Assembly (NCBI GenBank): GCA_019634895.1
Contig: JAHCAM010000008.1
Span: 4,785 to 68,784, forward strand
Reading direction: 5' to 3'
DNA length: 64,000 nucleotides
DNA from: Steroidobacteraceae bacterium
Lineage (GTDB): Bacteria; Pseudomonadota; Gammaproteobacteria; Steroidobacterales; Steroidobacteraceae
The notes beneath the pieces were generated by a model that saw only the letters and a program-made list of their open reading frames with translations, was not told the origin of the DNA and searched no databases. Below, in pieces: positions 11,791 through 20,943 of this stretch (position 1 is the stretch's first letter; every line of letters begins with the position of its first letter). The translations under genes and the position numbers were made by a program.

Positions 11791-14315
11791 TCTGCTGCAA
11801 ACTCCTTGTCTATGAAGGCCGCCAGGCCTGGATAGAGCCTGTCGGCAATGAGGCGATGGCCCTCGGCGTTCGGGTGGTCGTCCCACGACGCGACACGAAG
11901 CGCTGCGCGGCGTTCCTCCGGGTAGATTCCCAGCAAGTTCACGACCGGCAGGCCGGCCGCGCGCAAGGCTTCCTGGTTCGGCAGTTCGCGGGTCTCACGC
12001 TCCACGACTGCATCCAGCGCGACGACCAACGGCTTGACCCCGCGTTCGCGCGCGACCCTGGCAAACCGGGCGATCGCCGCATCCGATACCTCGTCCACGA
12101 TCCCGTGGATGCGTCCTTCGATCTCTGCACCCGGCATGCGCACGTTCACCCCGACCCAACGGGCAGCCCTGCGCCAGGGCTCGAACGGCACCGGCAGGCC
12201 ATCCCGGCCGACGTCTTCGATTCCGGCGGACCGGACCAGTTGCAGGACTTCTTCATGCGGAATCCCGACGCCGCGCCAGATGGTCTTGTAGAGGAAGACA
12301 CGGGACATTGCCCGGTTCGCATGATACGTCGTCATGATAACGACGTCGGGCGCGAAATCGAAGACACGCTCCTCGAGCATCCGGACCTGCTGCGTCAGGC
12401 AGTAGCCGTCAACGCCGAAGTTGAGGACCTCGTAGCGGCCGATACCCGGCAGCGCATGCTCGCGGTTCAGCCGGTCCTCCACCAGCGCCTCGAAGGTCTC
12501 GCCGTCGCCGACGCCGTTGCCCATGACGTGCGAAGGGCCCAGCAGCGCAATGCGCAGCGTCCCTGGTGCCTTTTCGAGTTCGTAGTCGCGGTCCCGCATG
12601 CCCCAGCGATTGGTGGAGAACGCGTTGCCATTCCAGACGACGCTGCGCGCCGGCAGCAGGTCACGCTCCAGGAAGTCATCGCGCAGCCGCAGTACGCCGG
12701 TGCTCGGCAGGTCCTGCCACTCGTCACGCCTCGCACCCGGCTGGTCCAGGTCCTGCGTGGCGAGACGCGCCCGCACGTCGAGCTGCTCGTAGTAGCCGCG
12801 ATGCTGAAGTTCCGCGTCGCGCACGTTCAGCCCGGTCGTGTGCAGCGCCGCCACCTTGTCCGCGACCGGCGCAGGCAACAGCCCAACGACGCTTGGAATC
12901 GCCAGGACGAGCAGAGCGGCCAACGGCAGCACGGTGCGCAGCACTGGCCTCGCCGAGGAAAGCGCGTCCCTGCTGCGGCCGCCCAGCCAGGTCAGCAGCA
13001 CGATCGCTGCGCCGATCAGCAGCGCACCCTTCGCATCCACGTTGATGGCCGCACCGAGCGTCCAGATCCACTGGCCTACCGATTCCGCGCTCCAAAGCGA
13101 CCACAGGAAGCAGAACAGCAGGAATGTGCCGCTCGTTCGGAGTCCCTCCGTGAGGCTCCATCGCGCGGCGCCTCGCAGCCGCTTCGGGCCTGGCCGAAGC
13201 TCGCGGATGGCGCCGACAATCACCAGCCCGCCGAGCAGTCCCCAGAACAGGATGTCCTGTGGAGTGACCGGAAATCCTCCGCGCAGCCAGAACCACTGGT
13301 ACGAGTGCAGCGCCCAGGTGGTCGCGAACACGGCCGCCGTCGCGATGCCGATCGCCATGGCCGGCCTCAGCTTCTTGACCCGGAAGTACACCGGATAGAA
13401 TACGAAGGACATCATGAAGTCCTTCCAGTAGATGTTGATGCGCCGCCACAGCTCGGTGAAGTTCCGCGACAGGTAGTAGAGCTTGTGCGTTTCAGGCAGC
13501 CGGAATCCGAAGAGGTGCAGCATGCCCACGATGAGGTGGAACATGCCCGACACCCGCAGGTACAACAGGAAAGTGCCCAGCATCCATTGCGCGAGGTCGC
13601 CTAGCGCCTCGACGTCCGCCGCATCGTTGACCACGCGCTGGTAGACCAGGCGGTAGAGCAGCAAGTGCACGATGCCCCGCGCGATCCAGAGCAGCCCCTG
13701 CTGGTAGATGACGGCGGAATCCTTGTCGAAGTGCGACCGCCGGAAAGTCTGGTAATCGATAACCGGAAACAGCGGGAACACCAGGTTGGGAAACATGAAG
13801 AAGTAGCCCAGCGCCGCCCAGATCCGCCCCTGCCGCGGTTCGGTTGCCAGCGACTTCGCGTAGATCGCGAGCCGGAACATGAACATCGAGCCCAGGATCG
13901 GCCAGACCACTGACGACCAGGGCGCGGCGATGGCACCTGCTCGCGAGGCGGCAAGCAGGCCTCCGATGGCGAGCAGCAGGGCGACTCGCGCCCACAGCGG
14001 CAGCGGAAGGTGGCAAGTGCCAATGAGCACCACGCCACAGGCGATGAGCCACGCGCCGTCCGCGGGACTGAACACCAGGAACACCGCGGCCAGCGACAGC
14101 AAGGCGAAGAATGGCAGCCTCCACGCGGCCCGCAGGAACATGGATACCGCGAAGCCTGCGGCCGCCAGCATGAAGAGCCGCAAGAATGCGGGTCCCTCGA
14201 TGCCATAGGCATGAACCACCAGCCCTGCGAGCAGCAACTGCGCCGCCAACGCGGCAATCGTTACAGCGGAAGGGCGCTCGGCGCCAATTTCTGGCGCTTC
14301 TGATTGTCCGGACAT
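11787..14315 (-). CDS. MBOAT-family membrane acyltransferase (AlgI/DltB-like) fused to a C-terminal SGNH/DltD-like extracytoplasmic domain
   Basis: 842 aa. About 11 hydrophobic segments in aa 1-480. MBOAT signature NFTELWRRINIYWKDFMMSFVFYPV and downstream TTWALHSYQW. After a last TM (LPLAALLVLAIPSVVGLL) comes a soluble domain with LRIALLGPSHVMGNG, FGVDGY and WDDHPNAEGHRLIA (SGNH block I/II/V-like). Confidence 0.8.
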   Translation of the reverse strand: MSGQSEAPEIGAERPSAVTIAALAAQLLLAGLVVHAYGIEGPAFLRLFMLAAAGFAVSMFLRAAWRLPFFALLSLAAVFLVFSPADGAWLIACGVVLIGTCHLPLPLWARVALLLAIGGLLAASRAGAIAAPWSSVVWPILGSMFMFRLAIYAKSLATEPRQGRIWAALGYFFMFPNLVFPLFPVIDYQTFRRSHFDKDSAVIYQQGLLWIARGIVHLLLYRLVYQRVVNDAADVEALGDLAQWMLGTFLLYLRVSGMFHLIVGMLHLFGFRLPETHKLYYLSRNFTELWRRINIYWKDFMMSFVFYPVYFRVKKLRPAMAIGIATAAVFATTWALHSYQWFWLRGGFPVTPQDILFWGLLGGLVIVGAIRELRPGPKRLRGAARWSLTEGLRTSGTFLLFCFLWSLWSAESVGQWIWTLGAAINVDAKGALLIGAAIVLLTWLGGRSRDALSSARPVLRTVLPLAALLVLAIPSVVGLLPAPVADKVAALHTTGLNVRDAELQHRGYYEQLDVRARLATQDLDQPGARRDEWQDLPSTGVLRLRDDFLERDLLPARSVVWNGNAFSTNRWGMRDRDYELEKAPGTLRIALLGPSHVMGNGVGDGETFEALVEDRLNREHALPGIGRYEVLNFGVDGYCLTQQVRMLEERVFDFAPDVVIMTTYHANRAMSRVFLYKTIWRGVGIPHEEVLQLVRSAGIEDVGRDGLPVPFEPWRRAARWVGVNVRMPGAEIEGRIHGIVDEVSDAAIARFARVARERGVKPLVVALDAVVERETRELPNQEALRAAGLPVVNLLGIYPEERRAALRVASWDDHPNAEGHRLIADRLYPGLAAFIDKEFAAE

Positions 14316-14763
14316 TGTGCTCAGCTACGGCCAGTTTCCGTCGAAATGCTTCTCATTCTAGCTTTGCACCGCTGGACTCTGCCTGAAATCCCGCACGCAG
14401 CCATCTTCCGGACGGAGGTGAGCCGCTTATGGCAAGTGAGCGAGCGCGGGGTGGAAGCGCATCGCAAATATTCTTCTCAAATCTGCTGATGACAAGCTAC
14501 CGCACACGTGTATGCGCCCGAACCCATTCTTGTCGATCGAACATTCCAGGCGCAAGATCGGCGCGTGGCAATATCGACTATAGTCTGCGGCACCTGCGCA
14601 ACAATCACGAACAGCAGTCCGGCCGGACGACTTACTTGTCACTCAAGCGAAAACGATGAGGCCCGGAAAGTCTTGCTCTGAACATGCCTGGGATGGGACC
14701 TGGGATTCGGCGGGGACAGTCACTCGCTGGTTTAAGGTGGCGGAACTTCAAGTGGAGCTATGA
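14316..14763. promoter_or_regulatory. Divergent intergenic control region between TU2 and TU3
   Basis: 448 bp non-coding gap, the longest in the window, and clearly lower in GC. It is flanked by divergent start codons at 14315 (-) and 14764 (+). Promoter elements were not resolved. Confidence 0.4.
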
Positions 14764-16071
14764 ATGCCGATGTCCAGGTGGGGCGTAACTTGCCAAACAA
14801 TTCTGCTGCGTCTCGCACTCGGCATCTTGTTCGGCACGATCCTGTTGCTGTACGCACCCCAGTCGACGCTGGGGTTGGCGATTGTGGCAATTATGGCCGC
14901 TCTGGTTGCGATTCTCAGGCCATCGAACGCTGCACTACTCACGACGTCGCTCCTGGTCATAACACTCATGCTGGAAGGTCTGTTTCGATTCCTAGCCAAC
15001 GACGTGGTGACACCGTACTACCGACCCCATGAAGTGCTGGCACTTGACACGCGCTACAAGCCGTCGGAACTCCTTGTGATGCACGTGCCACATGGTGATT
15101 TGCTCGCCATCGACCCATCACTCTCAAGGGATCTGGCCGTACCACGAACCGAGATCTTTCGTACAGACTCTCTGGGATTTCGCAACGATTACGACTACTC
15201 GGGACAAAAGCTCCTGATCGTTGGCGATTCGTTTGTGGCCGGCAATGGAAACTCTCAAGAACACACCATCACAGCCCGATTGCTCACCCAGTTTGGAGTT
15301 TACAGCTATAACCTGGGATTTCAGGCCGGTCCATTCGGGTACTCCGAACGTATCAGCTGGCTTCGCGAGCACTTCCCCCGCGACGCTTGTGTTGTTCTTT
15401 TAATGTTTGAAGGGAATGATTTTCAGTCAATCACTTCGCTTGGCGCCGCCGCCTATACCGACGTGCCTCGCGGCTTGCGAGAAACAGCAAAGAAGTACGT
15501 GCGATTCGTGCGTGAGCCATTTGTCCTTCCGCGAGTTGTGTATGGGCTCGTAACCCGGGCGCAGGCCGTGATCAAGAGCCGTGTTTCAGAACGTGTGCCC
15601 AATCATCAGCGCAACGCCGCGGACAAGGAATCGCGCGTGACCCTGTTGGGGACGGTGCGGGGACGGCCGATTGCCTTTCTCGCCGGGTATGCCGAGGTGG
15701 TCTACAGGACTCAGTATGATGATTTCGGGTTTCTTCATCAGAACCTTGCACGCGCCCGCCCCGACACTATCTTCTTCGTGCCGGACAAGTTCCGTGTGTA
15801 CGGTCCGCTGCTCGATGACCCCGTAGATGGGGCATTTCCCGATGCTCAATGGGCTCATCTCAAGCGTGCGGCAGATGATCTCGGTATTCCCGCCTTCAAT
15901 CTGACAGAACGCTTGCTGTCGCGATCCGCGAAGCTCGCGGACTCGGGGGATCTGACGTTCTGGCCGGATGACACGCATTGGAATGTCCACGGTATGGACG
16001 TCGCGGCAGAAGCGATCATCGCCGATCTAGCAGACGCTGGCGTCGATCATTGTGTTGTTGCGGTACATTAG
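14764..16071 (+). CDS. Membrane-anchored SGNH/AlgJ-AlgX-like acyltransferase/esterase
   Basis: 435 aa. N-terminal TM helices. LLIVGDSFVAGNG (block I) and FWPDDTHWNVHG (the D..HW motif typical of AlgJ/AlgX-type O-acetyltransferases). Confidence 0.65.
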   Translation: MPMSRWGVTCQTILLRLALGILFGTILLLYAPQSTLGLAIVAIMAALVAILRPSNAALLTTSLLVITLMLEGLFRFLANDVVTPYYRPHEVLALDTRYKPSELLVMHVPHGDLLAIDPSLSRDLAVPRTEIFRTDSLGFRNDYDYSGQKLLIVGDSFVAGNGNSQEHTITARLLTQFGVYSYNLGFQAGPFGYSERISWLREHFPRDACVVLLMFEGNDFQSITSLGAAAYTDVPRGLRETAKKYVRFVREPFVLPRVVYGLVTRAQAVIKSRVSERVPNHQRNAADKESRVTLLGTVRGRPIAFLAGYAEVVYRTQYDDFGFLHQNLARARPDTIFFVPDKFRVYGPLLDDPVDGAFPDAQWAHLKRAADDLGIPAFNLTERLLSRSAKLADSGDLTFWPDDTHWNVHGMDVAAEAIIADLADAGVDHCVVAVH

Positions 16072-16289
16072 GAGCATGGGGAGTTCTCACTTGCGCCGTG
16101 AGTGCAGCAGCAGGGATCGAGCGATGGCCGCGTTACCGCCGCTCCCAAGGCTGCCCGCGCCGCACGCACAAGGCGCCGACTTATACGAAGCCAATGACTT
16201 TAGTGCAACAGCGCAGGACGAGTCCGCGCAGTTGAAGGTCGTCCGGCCAACGGCTGCCCCGGGCAACTGGCCTTGAGTCCACTCGAACA

Positions 16290-17357
16290 GTGAGCTTTAA
16301 CCAGTTCAATTGGCGCAAAAGTTCCCGAGCGAAGCGCCCAGCTCGCCCTGGCATGCCCGACAGCAAGACGTCCGTTGGCCCGCGCGTTTTTACTGACCTG
16401 CAAGTTTCTCAGTCCGAGTGGTGGGCCACGCGTATCTCTGTGTTCCGTGCACGGCACGGTCGCGGACTGCTCATTCAGCTTGGAAACGTCTTATCGCTGC
16501 TTTGTGCCGCTGCGAAGCACGATGTGGTCATCACCTCAAGTGTTCGGAATGCCCTGCTCCTGGGCCTGACCAAGTCGCTTGGGCTTGTCCGTCGACCGCG
16601 AATCGTGACGGTAGAGACCAGACTGGATGAGCCTGCACCTGGACTCCGTTGGAGGCTGAAAGTTTGCCTGCAGCGGATTGCCTTCAGGCATGTTGACGTC
16701 GTCTGCGTATCAGCGCGCGACGAAATCAAAGCATATTCCGACCGCCTCAGATTGCCGGTTGGACGGTTTCGCTTTGTGCCGTGGCACACCAACGTGCTCG
16801 AACCCGCTCGCTACAGCGCACCGGACGGATACATATTCAGCGCAGGCCGTACTGGCAGGGACTGGAGCACCTTCACGGAAGCCGTGAAGGGACTCGCGTG
16901 CCCCATAGCGGTCGTTTGCGATGCCGATACGCGCATCCGCGAGACCTTTCCCAAGCATGCGACAGTTGAGAGCGAGATTCCGTATGCTCGATACCGGCAG
17001 TTGTTGATCGGCGCGCGTATCGTCGTCATACCGCTTGAGGAGCGAGTCTACTCTTCAGGGCAGGTCGTCATCCTGGAAGCCATGGCCCTCGGCAAGCCCG
17101 TCATCGCAACGCGAGCAGTCGGCTCGGCAGACTACATCAACGATGGCATCACCGGCTTGCTGGTACCGCCAAATGACGCTCCGTCACTGCGCGCTGCCAT
17201 CGTCAGACTGCTCGAAGACGACGCCCTGGCCGATCGACTGTCGCGGAATGCCCTCGAGACCGTGCTCGAAAGCCATACCCTCGACAGGTATCTTCATACA
17301 ATCGAAGGCATTGCGAAACGACTTGCATTGAAACAGCGCGCGCCGGTTGAAGACTGA
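16290..17357 (+). CDS. Glycosyltransferase family 4
   Basis: 355 aa from GTG 16290; an in-frame ATG at 16353 is an alternative start. C-terminal SSGQVVILEAMALGKPVIATRAVGSADYINDGITGLLVPP. Confidence 0.75.
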   Translation: MSFNQFNWRKSSRAKRPARPGMPDSKTSVGPRVFTDLQVSQSEWWATRISVFRARHGRGLLIQLGNVLSLLCAAAKHDVVITSSVRNALLLGLTKSLGLVRRPRIVTVETRLDEPAPGLRWRLKVCLQRIAFRHVDVVCVSARDEIKAYSDRLRLPVGRFRFVPWHTNVLEPARYSAPDGYIFSAGRTGRDWSTFTEAVKGLACPIAVVCDADTRIRETFPKHATVESEIPYARYRQLLIGARIVVIPLEERVYSSGQVVILEAMALGKPVIATRAVGSADYINDGITGLLVPPNDAPSLRAAIVRLLEDDALADRLSRNALETVLESHTLDRYLHTIEGIAKRLALKQRAPVED

Positions 17358-17387
17358 TACCTGCTCAAAGCCATTGCGGAGTGCCTG

Positions 17388-18284
17388 ATGTCGCCAGCAA
17401 CTTCCAGGAAAGGAATCATTCTAGCCGGTGGCACGGGCACGCGGCTTCATCCTGTCACGCTCGCGTTGAGCAAGCAGTTGGTACCGGTCTACGACAAGCC
17501 CATGGTGTATTACCCGCTCTCCACGCTCATGCTGGCCGGCATCCGTGAGTTTCTCATCATCACCACGCCACGTGACCAGACCGCTTTTGAGGGTCTGCTG
17601 GGTGATGGCAGCCAGTGGAACATATCGATCAGCTACGCGGTGCAACCGGAGCCAAACGGCATTGCGCAGGCGTTCCTCATTGGTGCGAACTTCATTGGCA
17701 ATAGTGCAGTTTCGCTGATACTGGGAGACAACATCTTCTACGGGCACAACCTGAGCCGGACATTGCAGCGCTGCGCGAAGAGACAGGCCGGTGCCACGGT
17801 ATTTGGCTATTACGTCCAGGATCCGGAACGATATGGCGTCGCGCAGTTCGACTCCAAGGGCCGACTGGTCGACCTGGTCGAAAAGCCGGAGCGCGCGCCG
17901 TCCAATTACGCGATTACGGGCATCTACTTTTACGACCGGAACGTCGTCAATATGGCGCGGCAGTTGAGCCCGTCCGCTCGCGGCGAGCTCGAAATCACAG
18001 ATCTCAATCGGGCATACCTGCGCAAAGGAAACCTCAAGCTCGAGAAGCTGGGTCGCGGCACCGCCTGGCTGGATACCGGCACGCCTGCTTCGCTGACGGA
18101 CGCCGGCAATTTCGTGCGTATTGTGGAAGAAAGACAGGGTCTCAAGATTGCCTGTGTGGAGGAAGTGGCGTTCCGTATGGGGTATATCAATCGCGAGCGG
18201 TTGCGACGCCTCGCAGCGCCGCTTCGCAAGAGTGGCTACGGCGAGTATTTGCTTGGCCTGCTGAAGGACAGGCGGCCACCGTGA
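17388..18284 (+). CDS. rfbA: Glucose-1-phosphate thymidylyltransferase
   Basis: 298 aa. [54 protein letters not shown] is the canonical RmlA. Confidence 0.95.
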   Translation: MSPATSRKGIILAGGTGTRLHPVTLALSKQLVPVYDKPMVYYPLSTLMLAGIREFLIITTPRDQTAFEGLLGDGSQWNISISYAVQPEPNGIAQAFLIGANFIGNSAVSLILGDNIFYGHNLSRTLQRCAKRQAGATVFGYYVQDPERYGVAQFDSKGRLVDLVEKPERAPSNYAITGIYFYDRNVVNMARQLSPSARGELEITDLNRAYLRKGNLKLEKLGRGTAWLDTGTPASLTDAGNFVRIVEERQGLKIACVEEVAFRMGYINRERLRRLAAPLRKSGYGEYLLGLLKDRRPP

Positions 18285-18829
18285 GGTTCACACCGCAGGC
18301 AATCGCAGATGTCGTCCTTGTCGAGCCCACGGTGCTGTGGGACGCACGCGGCTGCTTTCAGGAAGTCTGGCGATCCGACCGGTTCGCAGAGGCTGGCATC
18401 GACGCAACTTTTGTTCAGGACAATCACAGCAGATCCGTCTGCGGCACGCTTCGCGGTCTTCACTATCAGCTGGAGAAGCCGCAGGGCAAGCTGGTCCGCG
18501 TGGTCAGCGGCGAGATCTATGACGTTGCCGTCGATCTGCGCCGAAACTCTCCCACATTCGGCAGGTGGGTCGGCACCACGCTCTCAGCTGAAAACTTCTG
18601 CCAGCTCTGGGTACCACCAGGGTTTGCACATGGGTTCTATGTTACGAGCGCATCTGCCGACGTCAGTTACAAGTGCACTGCCTTTTACCATGCTCCTTCA
18701 GAGCGCTGCCTGTTGTGGAATGATCCAGAACTTGCGATCACTTGGCCGATGACTGCCGGTCGCCCTCCTCTCATTTCTGCAAAAGACCAGGCCGGCACGC
18801 GCCTTCGGATTGCAGAGACGTTTCAGTGA
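18281..18829 (+). CDS. rfbC: dTDP-4-dehydrorhamnose 3,5-epimerase
   Basis: 182 aa. [56 protein letters not shown]. Confidence 0.92.
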   Translation: MRFTPQAIADVVLVEPTVLWDARGCFQEVWRSDRFAEAGIDATFVQDNHSRSVCGTLRGLHYQLEKPQGKLVRVVSGEIYDVAVDLRRNSPTFGRWVGTTLSAENFCQLWVPPGFAHGFYVTSASADVSYKCTAFYHAPSERCLLWNDPELAITWPMTAGRPPLISAKDQAGTRLRIAETFQ

Positions 18830-19695
18830 GGGTGCTATTGACCGGCGCCAGTGGTCAGCTTGGATGGGAACTTCAACGTACGGTCCCGGACAGCGTCGAA
18901 CTTTTCGCCAAGAGCCATGCTGAACTTGACATCTGCGATGAGCAGTCAGTAGCTCGGGCATTCCGGTTGCACAGCCCCGAACTGGTGGTAAATACCGCTG
19001 CATTCACAGACGTCGACCGGGCGGAGCATTCTCGCGACCTGGCCTTTGCAATCAACGCTGAAGGTCCGCGTCTGATTGCCCGCCAGGCCGCTGATGCCGG
19101 CGGCCGCATGATCCAGGTCTCGACTGACTACGTGTTCGCCGGTGACGGCAATACTCCCATTCTGCCGACAGCACGTACGGCGCCGAACTCCGCTTATGGC
19201 CGTAGTAAGCTGGCAGGGGAGAAGCATGTGCTGCAGTTGCTCGGAACGCAATGTGCCGTTGTCCGCACTGCATGGCTGTACTCGAGACACGGCCGCAATT
19301 TCGTCAAGACAATGCTCGGTCTGATGAGATCCCGAACGAACTTGGGCGTAGTTTCAGACCAGCTTGGCTCGCCAACCTGGGCGAGGGAGCTTGCCCGATC
19401 GATATGGGCATTCGCTGCACGAGCCGACCTGCACGGCGTCTACCATTGGACCGACGACGGCGTGGCGAGCTGGTACGACTTCGCAGTTGCCATCCGCGAC
19501 AACGGTCTCGAACGGGGACTACTCAAGCGCCGGGTCGTCATTGACCCTATTCCAGCGGCAGCATACCCGACCGCTGCCCGGCGGCCTCGTTACAGCGTTC
19601 TGGACAAGCGCTCGACGATTGACGTACTCGGAGTGTCTCCGAATCATTGGCAGACCAATCTCTCACACATGTTGGACGACCTCGCAAATGCGTAG
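18826..19695 (+). CDS. rfbD: dTDP-4-dehydrorhamnose reductase
   Basis: Start set at in-frame GTG 18826 (GTGA overlap with the rfbC stop), giving [16 protein letters not shown]. Also NTAAFTDVDRAE, STDYVFAG, YGRSKLAGE. Confidence 0.88.
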   Translation: MRVLLTGASGQLGWELQRTVPDSVELFAKSHAELDICDEQSVARAFRLHSPELVVNTAAFTDVDRAEHSRDLAFAINAEGPRLIARQAADAGGRMIQVSTDYVFAGDGNTPILPTARTAPNSAYGRSKLAGEKHVLQLLGTQCAVVRTAWLYSRHGRNFVKTMLGLMRSRTNLGVVSDQLGSPTWARELARSIWAFAARADLHGVYHWTDDGVASWYDFAVAIRDNGLERGLLKRRVVIDPIPAAAYPTAARRPRYSVLDKRSTIDVLGVSPNHWQTNLSHMLDDLANA

Positions 19696-20791
19696 TCTGT
19701 TGATCACCGGCGGCGCAGGATTCATTGGTGCCAATTTTGTGCATTACTGGCGAGCACGGTACCCCGATGATCGCCTCGTTGTCCTCGACGCCCTCACCTA
19801 TGCCGGCAACCGCGCAAACCTGGCAACCCTCGAGGGCTCACCAGGATTCCATTTTGTTCGAGGCAACATCTGCGAGCAGTCGCTTGATGAGTCTCTGCTG
19901 CGGGAGCATGCCGTCGACACGGTCGTACACTTCGCGGCCGAATCGCACGTGGATCGCTCGATCGTTGGTCCGGGCGCCTTCATTTCGACGAATATCCTTG
20001 GTACGCACGCGCTGCTGGAAGCCTGCAGGTCCGTCTGGACCACCGATGCGCTGGCCGCTCAGCACCGGTTTCATCACATCTCCACGGACGAGGTTTACGG
20101 ATCTTTGGCGCAGGATGATCCCGCCTTCACCGAGTCAACACCGTATGCCCCGAACTCGCCTTACGCTGCCAGCAAGGCAGCGTCAGACCACCTCGTGCGC
20201 GCCTATTGCCACACCTATGGACTGGACACAACGATAACAAACTGTTCGAACAACTATGGCCCGTACCAGTTTCCAGAGAAGCTTATCCCGTTGATGATCG
20301 TCAATGTCTTGCTCGGAAAGCCGCTGCCGGTCTACGGCGACGGCGGCAATGTCCGTGATTGGATCCACGTGCGGGATCACTGCCATGCGATCGAGCGCGT
20401 ACTGCAGGCTGGAAGAAAAGGTTCCACCTACAATGTTGGCGGCGACTGCGAACTCGATAACCTTTCGCTCGTACGAATGATATGCGAGATCATGGACCGG
20501 GAACTCGACATGAATGCAGGACTATGCAAGAGATTTCCTGCCGCGCGGGGCGGCAAGCGCGCCCGTTCCGCTGATCTCATCAAGTTTGTCAAAGACCGAC
20601 CGGGACACGATCGGCGCTACGCCATCAATGGTCGCCTGATTCGCGAGGAGCTTGGTTTCGTGCCAACGACAAGTCTCGAGAAAGGATTGGCGGAGACAAT
20701 CACCTGGTATCTCTCAAACGAGCAATGGTGGCGCGCGGTCATGACGGGCACCTATCGCAACTGGATTGCCACGAACTATTCCAACCGCTGA
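19688..20791 (+). CDS. rfbB: dTDP-glucose 4,6-dehydratase
   Basis: Start at in-frame ATG 19688 (MRSLLITGGAGFIGANFV). Also HFAAESHVDRS, HISTDEVYG, PYAASKAASDH, CSNNYGPYQFPEKLIP. Confidence 0.92.
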   Translation: MRSLLITGGAGFIGANFVHYWRARYPDDRLVVLDALTYAGNRANLATLEGSPGFHFVRGNICEQSLDESLLREHAVDTVVHFAAESHVDRSIVGPGAFISTNILGTHALLEACRSVWTTDALAAQHRFHHISTDEVYGSLAQDDPAFTESTPYAPNSPYAASKAASDHLVRAYCHTYGLDTTITNCSNNYGPYQFPEKLIPLMIVNVLLGKPLPVYGDGGNVRDWIHVRDHCHAIERVLQAGRKGSTYNVGGDCELDNLSLVRMICEIMDRELDMNAGLCKRFPAARGGKRARSADLIKFVKDRPGHDRRYAINGRLIREELGFVPTTSLEKGLAETITWYLSNEQWWRAVMTGTYRNWIATNYSNR

Positions 20792-20943
20792 ACACGCTGC
20801 TGGCGAACTTCTCCTTCTGCGCGCCAGTGCACGTCCTCATCCTGATTCAGCTTCATGCCGATACATTTCGCATTCTCGCTTGGCCCTATTACACTCTGCC
20901 CAGGCTGCGGCAGGCTTCGAACCGCAGCGGAGATCCAATTATT

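Noticed and set aside
14429-14659. Small ORFs in non-coding gaps: a 76-aa ORF at 14429-14659, plus 15978-16235, 16052-16276 and 20766-20975.
   Set aside because: They have no RBS, a basic low-complexity composition and no recognisable domain, and they overlap each other in different frames. They are more likely chance ORFs in regulatory DNA.
16782-16798. TGGCAC-containing sigma-54-like motifs: TGGCACACCAACGTGCT at 16782, and TGGCACGCCTTTTCG at 30866.
   Set aside because: Both are inside coding regions. The GG-to-GC spacing is 13 instead of 12 in the first, and the -12 GC is missing (CG) in the second. I saw no TGGCAC-N5-TTGC match in any intergenic region.
20905-20927. Hairpin CTGCGG-N11-CCGCAG in the gap after rfbB, as a possible terminator or attenuator.
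   Set aside because: The stem is only 6 bp with an 11-nt loop and no downstream T-tract. The next gene starts 17 nt later with its own GGAG. This is weak evidence for termination.
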